From the NCBI GenBank assembly GCA_021774615.1, contig JAJFIW010000036.1:37318-101317 (forward strand): DNA of 64,000 nt. Direction: 5' to 3'. This document shows, in pieces, positions 14,889 through 23,889 of this stretch; position 1 is the first letter of the stretch; each line of letters starts with the position of its first letter. Origin of the DNA: Alphaproteobacteria bacterium (GTDB lineage Bacteria; Pseudomonadota; Alphaproteobacteria; UBA1280; UBA6503). Position numbers and translations under genes: made by a program. The notes below the pieces were generated by a model. That model was given only the letters and a program-made list of their open reading frames with translations. It was not told where the DNA came from and made no database searches.

Positions 14889-14961
14889 GGAGTAGCTACC
14901 TTGTTTAATTATTTTTTATGAGCTTAATTGTAATAGAAAAACAATCCTTAGGCTATAAATG

Positions 14962-15001
14962 AATAATAAGGCGCTAGGAATAAACCTAACGCCTTATTAT
15001 T
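14962..15001 (-). terminator. hairpin terminator after the 15015-16049 gene
   Basis: aataataaggcgctagg-aataaa-cctaacgccttattatt. Confidence 0.65.
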
Positions 15002-15014
15002 AGAGTTTAGTACT

Positions 15015-16049
15015 TTATTTTCTTAAAGCATTACTACCAAAGTGTGATCTTCCTCGACTATCTATGAACTGCAAGGAACCACTTCCGCTACTCCTAAGTG
15101 TTCCAGAAAAATGCCCAGAGACTTGGGCATTGCCCACAGCGCTCCAACTACCATTGTATGAAACACTGCTTGGGTTTCCTACTGCGTACGAGATAGTACC
15201 TAGTGCAGAGTATCGGTTTACACCCATAACAATGGTGTTTAAACTAGCTCCTGCTGCTGAGGCACTGGCTAATGATATCCAAGAACCTTGGTAGTAGCAG
15301 CCTCTGGTGCTTATGTATGTGTAATAACCACCTCTATAGTAGCAATACCTAGCAGTACCAACAGAGTAGTGCGGTGATGGTGACCCTAAAGTAGAGCAAT
15401 TTGAACTACCCACATTACGACTAGTATCGGTACAGAATGTTTCTGAAATATTTAACCCTCTAACTCTATTAGAAGTACCAGACAATACAGCCTCTATATA
15501 GCTGGTTTTTCCACCATAGGTGAATCTCCAGTTACCATTAACCCAAGAAAATGCAGCCAACGGATCAACCGGTGGCGGTGGTGGAGGTGGTGGAGGCGTT
15601 GGCGTAGGTGTAGGTGTTGGCGTAGGTGTTGGCGTAGGTGTAGGTGTTGGTGTAGGCGACCCACTTCCAAGAGCATTCACCCTAGAAATAAGGTTATTAA
15701 TTTGCGCTTGCATAGCATTAAGCCTGCTATTAATAGTATTAATGTTACCTGTATTGGTAGCAATACCAGTAGTGTTAGTGGCAATGTCAGCAGTATTAGT
15801 AGCAACTTGCGTTTCTAATGTACTAATTCTTGTGTCCAAGGCTGCTTGCCCTGACTGCAAATTAGGTATTGATGTACCGATAATAGTATTTACATTACTA
15901 TCTGTTGCCTGAAGGCCTGCAGCTAAAGACTGCGCTGAAGCTGAGTCTACAGTTTGGACCCCGCTTGCAGACATTGTTTGTGCTTGCGCTTGCGTGCCTG
16001 AAACCAGCATACACAAGCTGAATAAGGTTATAATTTCTATACGCTTCAT
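15015..16049 (-). CDS. secreted fibre/adhesin-like protein (signal peptide, coiled coil, Pro-Thr linker, Cys-containing head), paralogue 1
   Basis: Signal peptide ending AQA, heptad NTADIATNTTGIATNT, (PT)n and polyPro linker, four Cys in the C-terminal domain; GGGGG RBS. Confidence 0.8.
   Translation of the reverse strand: MKRIEIITLFSLCMLVSGTQAQAQTMSASGVQTVDSASAQSLAAGLQATDSNVNTIIGTSIPNLQSGQAALDTRISTLETQVATNTADIATNTTGIATNTGNINTINSRLNAMQAQINNLISRVNALGSGSPTPTPTPTPTPTPTPTPTPTPPPPPPPPPVDPLAAFSWVNGNWRFTYGGKTSYIEAVLSGTSNRVRGLNISETFCTDTSRNVGSSNCSTLGSPSPHYSVGTARYCYYRGGYYTYISTRGCYYQGSWISLASASAAGASLNTIVMGVNRYSALGTISYAVGNPSSVSYNGSWSAVGNAQVSGHFSGTLRSSGSGSLQFIDSRGRSHFGSNALRK
15571..15657 (-). repeat. low-complexity repeat coding (PT)n-polyPro linker
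   Basis: Degenerate hexamer repeats gtaggt/gttggc plus ggt/gga triplets. Confidence 0.85.
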
Positions 16050-16156
16050 GTGGAGTCCCCCTAAATAACTTTAAATATAGTCCCCGTTACATCTTATATA
16101 CTGCATTAAAAATATTTTACTGACATATGTAAGGATGCCTAACATTGTATTAAAAA

Positions 16157-16188
16157 TAAGGAGCTAATAATAAATACATAGCTCCTTA
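16157..16188 (-). terminator. hairpin between the two fibre-like paralogues
   Basis: taaggagcta-N12-tagctcctta followed by T-rich sequence on the minus strand. Confidence 0.6.
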
Positions 16189-16197
16189 CCTTGTCTA

Positions 16198-17196
16198 TTA
16201 CTTTCTCATAGATACGTTAAAATAGGGCCTACCACTACCACTTAAGAATTGTAGGCTTCCTGAACCATTTTTATTTAATACACCAGAGAATGGCCCTGAT
16301 GATCTTGCTCCAGAGCCTATAGAGCTCCAAGAACCACTATAAGATACTCTGCCTGTGTTGCTTACAGAGTAAGATATAGATGCAAGAGCAGAATAGCTAG
16401 CGGTTGTAGATTTTATAGTGTTTAGAGTTGCACCATCTGCTTTCGCATCTTTAAGTGATATCCATTTACCTTTGTAAAGGCATCCTTTTGAACTAGAATA
16501 TGCATAATACCCACCTTTATAGTAGCAATTGTGCGAGGCAAGCATTATTGGGGCTGGACTACCCAACTGAGAACATTTTGGTTTTACTACATTACGAGTA
16601 GTATCGCGGCATGCCGTCTCTCTTATAGAAATGGATGACATACGATTTGTAGTACTGTTTAATGCTACATTAAAAGAACCTACAATCCCAGTGTTGCCTG
16701 CATAAGAGAATTTCCATACGCTATTAACCCAAGAGAATGCAGCAGTTGGGTCTGTAGGCTTAGGTGTAGGCGTAGGTGTTGGGGCTGGCGTAGGTGTTGG
16801 TGTTGGAGTTGGAGTAGGCGCAGGTGTAGCACCACCACCTCCTCCACCCCCAGCACCAAGAGCATTTATCTGTGCTTGTAAGCTTACATCTGTATTAGTT
16901 AGGCTTACATCTTTGTTAGTTAAGTTAGTTAAACTTGTGTCATGGCCATCTAGGCGTAATTTAAGAGCATCAATCTGTGCCTGTAGATTGGACTGCCCTG
17001 TTTGTAAATTAGGGATTGATGTACCGATAATAGTGTTTACATTACTATTAGTTGACTGAAGGTCTGCAGCTAAAGACTGTGCGGAAGCTGCATCTAAAGT
17101 TTGTGTGCCACTTGCAGACATAGTTTGTGCTTGCGCTTGCGTGCCTGAAATTACCATACACAAACTAAATAGCGTAATAACTTTAATGCTTTTCAT
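16198..17196 (-). CDS. secreted fibre/adhesin-like protein, paralogue 2
   Basis: N-terminus nearly identical to 15015-16049 (ITLFSLCM..SGTQAQAQTMSASG...SNVNTIIGTSIPNLQ.GQ); polyGly-(PT)n linker; same Cys pattern. Confidence 0.8.
   Translation of the reverse strand: MKSIKVITLFSLCMVISGTQAQAQTMSASGTQTLDAASAQSLAADLQSTNSNVNTIIGTSIPNLQTGQSNLQAQIDALKLRLDGHDTSLTNLTNKDVSLTNTDVSLQAQINALGAGGGGGGGATPAPTPTPTPTPTPAPTPTPTPKPTDPTAAFSWVNSVWKFSYAGNTGIVGSFNVALNSTTNRMSSISIRETACRDTTRNVVKPKCSQLGSPAPIMLASHNCYYKGGYYAYSSSKGCLYKGKWISLKDAKADGATLNTIKSTTASYSALASISYSVSNTGRVSYSGSWSSIGSGARSSGPFSGVLNKNGSGSLQFLSGSGRPYFNVSMRK
16753..16857 (-). repeat. low-complexity repeat coding polyGly-(PT/PA)n linker
   Basis: Degenerate gtaggt/gttggt hexamers and acc/tcc triplets. 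Confidence 0.8.
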
Positions 17197-17370
17197 GTCT
17201 AATCCCCTTAAATGTATTTAATCCCCATGCTTGCTTATGTGTTTTACCATAATTTATTTGCTGACATGCTATTAACATAGTATGTCTACTATTTTTAGTT
17301 ATACAAGTATAGTTGTATAATATGTTAACCTTAATTAGGTCTTTATATAAAAAAACAAGGAACTATTTGA

Positions 17371-17655
17371 ATGCGCTTAATTATTGCTTTGTTGCTTCCC
17401 CCACTATTGTTTTTAACGATAGGTCGTATTTTTTCGGCTATCATTTGTGCTGTTCTGCAGTTTACGCTTGTTGGCTGGCCAGTTGCTGCTTTATGGGCTG
17501 TTTATTCGTTAAGCCAATACAATACCGATAAAAAAATTGCTAAAGCTGTCGGCAGTACAGGTGGAGTTAGCTCTGCTGGTGGTGAAATTGCTGATATGAA
17601 GGCCGCACTCCGCTTTGGCTGGAAACGTATAAAAAACTTGCTAGGGCAGGGGTAG
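17371..17655 (+). CDS. YqaE/Pmp3 family small membrane protein
   Basis: IIALLLPPL...LQFTLVGW.VA.LWA Pmp3 pattern with a C-terminal extension. Confidence 0.8.
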   Translation: MRLIIALLLPPLLFLTIGRIFSAIICAVLQFTLVGWPVAALWAVYSLSQYNTDKKIAKAVGSTGGVSSAGGEIADMKAALRFGWKRIKNLLGQG

Positions 17656-17665
17656 TTTAATAATT

Positions 17666-17693
17666 AAAAAGCGCAGTTCATACTGCGCTTTTT
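17666..17693. terminator. bidirectional intrinsic terminator
   Basis: aaaaagcgcagt-tcat-actgcgcttttt between convergent genes. Confidence 0.85.
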
Positions 17694-17699
17694 CTTTGG

Positions 17700-18281
17700 C
17701 TATCTGGCTGGCTCTGCTTCCATGCTTTCTTCGATAGAGAGAGTTTCATCCTTTTCAGCTGTTATTCTTTCTTTATACCATGCGAGTGTATCTCCACCTT
17801 TTCCAGGAATTGTACCTGCCTCGCGTAATTCTCCTAGAGCTGCACCTTTAGTGATATTATTAGCTTTTGCATATGTTTCTACTTCAATATCAAGAGCTTG
17901 TTTTGCAATGGCATGTTCGCGGATATTTTCTGCTCGGGCTTGCTTGTCTACTTCTACCTCAGGGTCAACACCAGCAGGAACTGTTCCTGCTCCCACATGC
18001 TGATGGTATTTTGCTATAAATTGAGCCTCTATATATTCTACACTACTAGTCATATTTGATAGTGCAGTAGTGTATATCATACTTTTACCAGCAGGAGCCG
18101 CATCTGATGCCATTTTAGCAGCAGTCTCAGCTTCTTTTCTTACTTCAACTAAAAGTTTTTCATAGAACTTTGCTTGTTGCTCGTTTTCAGCATAAATATA
18201 AGCAGGGCTGTCATTCTTGTCTAAGGCATCTAGGAGCTGTACTGGTATCCCTTGTGGAGTATCATTTTGTTTGTCACTCAT
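17700..18281 (-). CDS. hypothetical acidic helical protein
   Basis: 193-aa ORF with AAGG RBS and its own terminator; no motif recognised. Confidence 0.7.
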   Translation of the reverse strand: MSDKQNDTPQGIPVQLLDALDKNDSPAYIYAENEQQAKFYEKLLVEVRKEAETAAKMASDAAPAGKSMIYTTALSNMTSSVEYIEAQFIAKYHQHVGAGTVPAGVDPEVEVDKQARAENIREHAIAKQALDIEVETYAKANNITKGAALGELREAGTIPGKGGDTLAWYKERITAEKDETLSIEESMEAEPAR

Positions 18282-18390
18282 TGTGTGTGCCTTTTCTATA
18301 ATAGCTTTTATATATAATAATTCGTGGGTATACTTTATTACCTTTTCAAGGGCTTTTGTATATTAAAATTGTTTATTAAGGGAAAATAGT

Positions 18391-19050
18391 ATGTTTACAG
18401 CAATAATAAACACCATAAAAAGCCTGCTTAATAACAAAACTTTAAGGCGCACTATGTGGCTGTGTTTATTGCTAACTATTGTGTGTGCAATAGCTTTTAT
18501 TGGTCTTGTTATTACTATATTAAGCACAACTAATATTTTTGATCTTGCTTGGCTTGAAACAATAGCCGATTTGCTGGGTGGTGCTGGTAGCTTTGTTGTT
18601 GCATGGTTTTTGTTGCCAATATTTATGCCGCTTATTGCAGGCTTGATGGAAGACAATATTATAAAAGCGGCTTATGGGGCAAAGCAAGACCCTGTACAGC
18701 AGAAACAATCTTTTCTACAAAATATGGCAGAAGATGCTCGGTTTATGGGAGTAGCTATTTTATTGAATATATTGGTATTACCACTATATTTTGTGCCAAT
18801 AGTTAATATTTTTATATATTACCTGCTGAATGGTTATTTGTTGGGTAGAGAGTTTTTTACCAATGTTGCAGGTTGGCACTTAGGCAAAAAGCCAGCACGG
18901 TTGCTTTTTAAAGAATACAAATTATCTGTATTTGGAGGTGGGGTATTATTGGCTTTTATTGCAACAGTACCGGGGGTGTCATTCTTTGCACCATTTATTG
19001 CTATTGTGATGATGGTGCATTTTTTCCATAAAATAAACCCCCATAAGTAA
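18391..19050 (+). CDS. EI24/CysZ-like membrane protein
   Basis: Multi-TM; LLNGYLLGREFF and P..N/S.FAP motifs typical of EI24-domain proteins. Confidence 0.8.
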   Translation: MFTAIINTIKSLLNNKTLRRTMWLCLLLTIVCAIAFIGLVITILSTTNIFDLAWLETIADLLGGAGSFVVAWFLLPIFMPLIAGLMEDNIIKAAYGAKQDPVQQKQSFLQNMAEDARFMGVAILLNILVLPLYFVPIVNIFIYYLLNGYLLGREFFTNVAGWHLGKKPARLLFKEYKLSVFGGGVLLAFIATVPGVSFFAPFIAIVMMVHFFHKINPHK

Positions 19051-19103
19051 AAGCCCTCGTACGAAGAATTTTGCTTATGGGGATAGATCATTACATACTA
19101 AGT

Positions 19104-19265
19104 TTAACGCTCTAAGCTTGTATCACTAATGCCTTGGGTTGTTTTGTTAGTTCCTTCTAAGTCTGGCGTGCGTGATACTTCTTTACCAGAAAATTTGTTA
19201 AGATCAGCAGGGTTTATTTTAGCTAAGTCTATTTGTCGTGCTTCTCCAACGGTTATATATTGCAT
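19104..19265 (-). CDS. 53-aa small ORF missing from the supplied ORF track
   Basis: TAAGGGGAAATAATATATG (upstream stop fused to RBS), then MQYITVGEARQIDLAKINPADLNKFSGKEVSRTPDLEGTNKTTQGISDTSLER*. Confidence 0.6.
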   Translation of the reverse strand: MQYITVGEARQIDLAKINPADLNKFSGKEVSRTPDLEGTNKTTQGISDTSLER

Positions 19266-19278
19266 ATATTATTTCCCC

Positions 19279-19599
19279 TTATACTTGTTCTTGTCGCATT
19301 TTATTCCATAGCACTAATGGTGATGATTTCTCTAGTTCTGAGTTATCTACCAAAACTGCTACGTTTAGGTCTACTAGGCGAGGGTCAAAATTATTTTCTT
19401 GGACTGCTTTAATTTCATTGCCTTTAAAAATCAAGCTGCGTCCAGAAGTATAATTATGTACAACGGTTAAGGTTGTCTCTGGATCGTAGGAAATGCGTGT
19501 TACGATGCCCTCATTCTCAACAACATAGTGTCTAATACGAGATACACTAATCACCAGCTTGTCTTTTTCTTGCTCTGTGTGTGCTAAGTGTTCACTCAT
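19279..19599 (-). CDS. hypothetical protein
   Basis: 106-aa ORF, beta-rich composition, no motif recognised. Confidence 0.6.
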   Translation of the reverse strand: MSEHLAHTEQEKDKLVISVSRIRHYVVENEGIVTRISYDPETTLTVVHNYTSGRSLIFKGNEIKAVQENNFDPRLVDLNVAVLVDNSELEKSSPLVLWNKMRQEQV

Positions 19600-19736
19600 T
19601 ATCAGTCATCTTTCTATGATTGCCCTTATAAGTTTGGTATGGGGGTTTGTATAGTTAGTTACAACCCTGCCTTTAAAATAAAAATGACATAAACTACAAA
19701 TTTTGTTTAAAAGTGTCAGTTTTATGCAAAGTTTAG

Positions 19737-20588
19737 CTACTTTTGTATCATATGGACTGTCCTATGTGGGAATGGGATATCAATTCCTGCTTTATCCATA
19801 CCTTCTTTGAGGCGTTGGTTTAGCTCGAAATTTGTGTCCCAATAGTCGTCTTTTTTAGTCCAACAGCGGATGGTTAGGTCTACGCTGCTTTCCCCAAGGC
19901 CTTTAACTGCAATGAAAGGTGCAGGGTCTGCTAGCACTCTGGTATCTTTCTTTAAAACACTCTCGGCAGCTTTAATTGCTTTGTCTATGTTGTCGCTATA
20001 GCTGATACCGATAATAATTTCAATCCGTCTGATTGGGTTAGCGGAATAGTTTTTCATTGCTTGGTCCCATACCTTACCGTTAGGGATAAGAATTTGTACG
20101 TTATCTGGCATGGCTAGCTCGGTCATGAATAAAGATAACCTAACTACGGTGCCCGAGTGCCCTGCAACCTCAATATAGTCACCCACATGAAAGGGGCGGA
20201 AGATAAGTAGTAAAACACCACTAGCAAGGTGGCTAAGTGTCCCCTGTAGGGATAAACCAATAGCAAGGCCAGCTGCACCTAAGACTGCAATTAAACTTGC
20301 TGTTTGTATGCCAAACTGGTTAAGAACTGCAATAACCGTGAAAACAATAATTGCGTAACGGGCCAAACTTGCAAAAAAGTGGCTAAGGGTTTTGTCTATC
20401 TTATCTGTTTTTAGGAATAAAGTTTCTACGTAATGGCTAGCACGACTAGCAATAGACCAGCCGATAATAAGGATAATAATGGCACCAATCATCCGTAAGC
20501 CATATACAGTTGTTAGCTCTATAATTTGGTGTATGTATTTCTCAGTGCTTTCGATAGGTAGTTTGTTTAGCAGTTCATTCTCTAGCAT
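19737..20588 (-). CDS. mscS: small-conductance mechanosensitive channel
   Basis: GAAGLAIGLSLQGTLS..ASG..L..RPF.VGD.I, IPN, IPFP. Confidence 0.95.
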   Translation of the reverse strand: MLENELLNKLPIESTEKYIHQIIELTTVYGLRMIGAIIILIIGWSIASRASHYVETLFLKTDKIDKTLSHFFASLARYAIIVFTVIAVLNQFGIQTASLIAVLGAAGLAIGLSLQGTLSHLASGVLLLIFRPFHVGDYIEVAGHSGTVVRLSLFMTELAMPDNVQILIPNGKVWDQAMKNYSANPIRRIEIIIGISYSDNIDKAIKAAESVLKKDTRVLADPAPFIAVKGLGESSVDLTIRCWTKKDDYWDTNFELNQRLKEGMDKAGIDIPFPHRTVHMIQK

Positions 20589-20606
20589 GGTTGTATTCCT
20601 TTTCTA

Positions 20607-21971
20607 TTAGCCTAATAAAACAAATTCTTCAGCGCTTGTTGGGTGTAGAGGGATTGTATCTTGCATTTGTTGTATGGTTATACCAGCCTTAACTGCGACA
20701 GCTATAAACTGGATCATCTCTGGTGCGTCACGCCCCATAAGGTGTGCACCTAATAGTTTATTAGTGTTTTTATCATAGACTGCTTTCATAAGCATCTTTT
20801 CATCACGCTGGGGGAGAACATTTATCATTGGTCTGAATACGGCCTTATAAGCAGCAATATTTTCAGCCCCTAGTTTTTCTATTGCTTGTTCTTCTGTAAG
20901 CCCAACTGTGCCAAGTGGGGGGATAGAGAATACAGCGGTTCCAATATCCGCATCATTTATCGTGCGTTTTGTGCCAGCAAATAGGTTATCTGTAACAATC
21001 CGACCGTCACGTATGGCAACAGGGGTTAGGTTTACTCTATTGGTTAAGTCGCCCACAGCAAAGATATGGTCGTGCTTACCTTTTGCATGGAGGGCTTCGT
21101 CTATAATAACAGCGCCAGCTTTATCTAACTCTATGCCAGCTTCCTCAAGCCCAAGGTTTTGCGAGTTGGGGCGGCGGCCTGTAGCAAATAGTACTTCGTC
21201 TACAATAAGTTCTTCACCATTATCTAAAGAAACCTTTTTTCTTCCTTGGCGCTGTTCGATCTTTTCCACATTACAAATACTATGGAAGTTAACCCCACGT
21301 TTCTGCATTTCATTGGTTAAATTACTGCGAATATCCTCATCAAAACCATTTAACATGGTTTGCCGGCGTACAACTAAATGTACTTCACTGCCTAGAGCAT
21401 TAAATATAGATGCAAACTCTACCCCTATATACCCACCACCAATAACAGCAATAGCTTTAGGTAGCGCCTCTAGGTCAAAAACTCCATCAGAAGTAAATGC
21501 CAGTTCGTTACCTTGTATAGGAGGCATAGTAGGGGTTCCTCCTGTTGCTAATACAATGTAACGCCCTGTGATAGTTTTTGTACTGCCGTCAATAGCGTCA
21601 ATTGCAACGGTGTGTGGGTCAGTAGTTAAACGACCACGGCCTTTAAATAGAGAGACACCAAGTTCTTCTATTTTGCTTTGGTGCATGCCTTCAAGGCGAG
21701 AGACTTCGTCGTTACGTTTAGTCGCAAGGGCTTTATAGTTAAAAGAGCTTGTTACATTAAACCCATAACCCACAGCATCTTTTATGGTGTCGGCAGTGCT
21801 AGCCGCATAAGACATAATCTTTTTAGGGACGCACCCTCTAATAACACAAGTGCCGCCAACGCGGTCGTCTTCAATTAGTGCTACTTTTGCACCAAGAGGA
21901 GCCGCACGCTTTGCGCTAGCCATTCCGCCCGAGCCCGCGCCTATAACAACTAAATCGTAATCAAATTCCAT
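20607..21971 (-). CDS. gor: glutathione-disulfide reductase
   Basis: GAGSGG, GGTCVIRGCVPKK, GGGYIGVE, LTPVAI, HPTSAEE. Confidence 0.95.
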   Translation of the reverse strand: MEFDYDLVVIGAGSGGMASAKRAAPLGAKVALIEDDRVGGTCVIRGCVPKKIMSYAASTADTIKDAVGYGFNVTSSFNYKALATKRNDEVSRLEGMHQSKIEELGVSLFKGRGRLTTDPHTVAIDAIDGSTKTITGRYIVLATGGTPTMPPIQGNELAFTSDGVFDLEALPKAIAVIGGGYIGVEFASIFNALGSEVHLVVRRQTMLNGFDEDIRSNLTNEMQKRGVNFHSICNVEKIEQRQGRKKVSLDNGEELIVDEVLFATGRRPNSQNLGLEEAGIELDKAGAVIIDEALHAKGKHDHIFAVGDLTNRVNLTPVAIRDGRIVTDNLFAGTKRTINDADIGTAVFSIPPLGTVGLTEEQAIEKLGAENIAAYKAVFRPMINVLPQRDEKMLMKAVYDKNTNKLLGAHLMGRDAPEMIQFIAVAVKAGITIQQMQDTIPLHPTSAEEFVLLG

Positions 21972-22113
21972 AATAAAAACCTGTTTAATTGAAGAGTTCT
22001 TTATAACATATATTAAAACATGGAAAACTAATAAAGACTATACTTGCTAAAAAGTAGCAAATACTTTAAAAAATGATGTTTGTATCTATTTTTTAGTAAG
22101 GATAAATTTGTTT

Positions 22114-23889
22114 ATGAATGTATTAAACACACCTACACCCACAACATCAAGTAACCTGCCACCACGGCTGGCCGATTTTAAAACCTTGGCCGAAGCTATG
22201 GACTATGCAGCACAAGGGGATACAGGCTTTAACTTTTACGATGTCCGTGGGAACTTAATAGATATACTTCCGTATAAAGAAATTCGTACTAAAGCGCAAC
22301 AACAAGCACAGCAACTTTTAGGGCTTGGGTTAAAGCGTGGCGACAGAGTAGGGATAGTTGCCGACATGGAACCTTATTTCCTAACAACTTTCTTTGCTTG
22401 TCAATATGCAGGGTTAATGGCTGTGCCTTTACCAGTTATTACAGGCCTTGGCGGCAGGCACGGCTACGAGCAACAACTAGAAAAAGTACTAACCACTTCA
22501 GAAGCAAAAGTTGCCATTGGGCCAGAAGATTTACAAAGCCACCTGTCTGAAGCTACCAAAAGTATGGAGATTAAACTTCTAACTCCAGAAATGCTAGACA
22601 CTCTAGCTATAGCAGATATAGCCCTTGCACCATTGCAAGCAGATGAAGAAAGCCATATTCAGTTTTCATCGGGCAGTACACGCCACCCTAAAGGGATTAT
22701 AATCAGTCAAAGCGCAATGCTTAATAATGCACACATGATAATGGTAGACGCCCTTAAAGGTAACGAATTTGGCTGTGTGGAGCGGGTGGCATCATGGTTG
22801 CCATTTTACCACGATATGGGGCTTATTGGCTGTATGCTAACCCCAATTTGCTGCCAATTCTCGGTAGATTTATTACATACCGACTCTTTTGCACGCCAAC
22901 CACTGCAATGGCTAAAACTAATTGCTCGCAACAAAGCTACAATATCGTTTGGCCCAACTTTTGGTTACGAAATTTGTGCACGCCGTGCTTCACGCCTTAA
23001 AGACGATACCCTTGACCTTTCCTCGTGGCGGGTGGCAGGCATTGGCGGCGAGATGGTACATGCACAACCTCTTTCCGACTTTGCTAGAGCATTTGCTCCA
23101 TATGGCTTTAAAAGCAGTGCCTTTACCCCTAGCTATGGTTTGGCAGAAGCTACCTTAGCTATTTCGTTTTCAGATGTAGACAAAGACGTTATGACCGATG
23201 CTGTAGACAAAAACTCACTATTAGCAGGTGATGCAATCCCTACTACTGAAGACAGCAGTGTAGACTCTGCCGAAACTAGAGTGCTAGTATCATGTGGAAC
23301 TCCTCTAAAAGGCTATAAGGTAGAGATTAGAGCTGAAGATGAAAGTATTTTACCCGAGCGTAAAGTAGGCCGAGTATGTGCCTCGACCCCAAGCTTGATG
23401 ACAGGCTACTTCCACGATGCAGAAGCCACCGCAGAAAGCATGCTCCCCGATGGTTGGTTGGACACAGGCGACATGGGCTATATGGTCGATGGGCAACTAG
23501 TGCTTACTGGCCGCAAAAAAGATATGATCATAATTAACGGGCGTAATATTTGGCCCCAAGACATGGAATGGCACGCCGAACAAAACATAGACATTCTACG
23601 TAGCCGCGACACAGCAGCCTTTGCGGTAGAAACAGAAACTGGTAAAGAAGAACCAGTAATGCTAGTGCAAACACGCACAATGGATGCAGACAAACAATCC
23701 CAGCTTGCAAAAGATGTGCATGCCGCAGTTATTAAAAATACAGGTGTTGACTGCCGAGTAGTCCTTGTGCCACAACGTAGCTTGCCTTATACTACTTCAG
23801 GCAAGTTAAGCCGAGCAAAAGCAAAAAAAGCCTACCTCGAAGGCACCATTAAACCCTTACAAATTGCTGGAGAAGAGTCAGCAGCATGA
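22114..23889 (+). CDS. fatty acyl-AMP ligase / acyl-ACP synthetase (AasR-like, sphingolipid pathway)
   Basis: QFSSGSTRHPKG, SWLPFYHDMGLIG, SYGLAEATL, DTGD, GRKKD, TTSGK; heads an operon with ACP and SPT. Confidence 0.88.
   Translation: MNVLNTPTPTTSSNLPPRLADFKTLAEAMDYAAQGDTGFNFYDVRGNLIDILPYKEIRTKAQQQAQQLLGLGLKRGDRVGIVADMEPYFLTTFFACQYAGLMAVPLPVITGLGGRHGYEQQLEKVLTTSEAKVAIGPEDLQSHLSEATKSMEIKLLTPEMLDTLAIADIALAPLQADEESHIQFSSGSTRHPKGIIISQSAMLNNAHMIMVDALKGNEFGCVERVASWLPFYHDMGLIGCMLTPICCQFSVDLLHTDSFARQPLQWLKLIARNKATISFGPTFGYEICARRASRLKDDTLDLSSWRVAGIGGEMVHAQPLSDFARAFAPYGFKSSAFTPSYGLAEATLAISFSDVDKDVMTDAVDKNSLLAGDAIPTTEDSSVDSAETRVLVSCGTPLKGYKVEIRAEDESILPERKVGRVCASTPSLMTGYFHDAEATAESMLPDGWLDTGDMGYMVDGQLVLTGRKKDMIIINGRNIWPQDMEWHAEQNIDILRSRDTAAFAVETETGKEEPVMLVQTRTMDADKQSQLAKDVHAAVIKNTGVDCRVVLVPQRSLPYTTSGKLSRAKAKKAYLEGTIKPLQIAGEESAA

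Noticed and set aside
15520-15912. Plus-strand ORF with polyGly/(GV)n repeats
   Set aside because: It is the antisense shadow of the (PT)n-polyPro linker in 15015-16049
15015-17196. Diversity-generating retroelement or shufflon acting on the paralogue pair
   Set aside because: Differences are not adenine-specific, both copies are full genes in the same orientation, and no reverse transcriptase or invertase is present
20908-21561. Long antisense ORFs (this 217-aa frame, also 27223-27756, 28146-28703, 57180-57710)
   Set aside because: Each lies wholly opposite a well-supported gene, has no RBS or motif, and shows shadow-ORF composition
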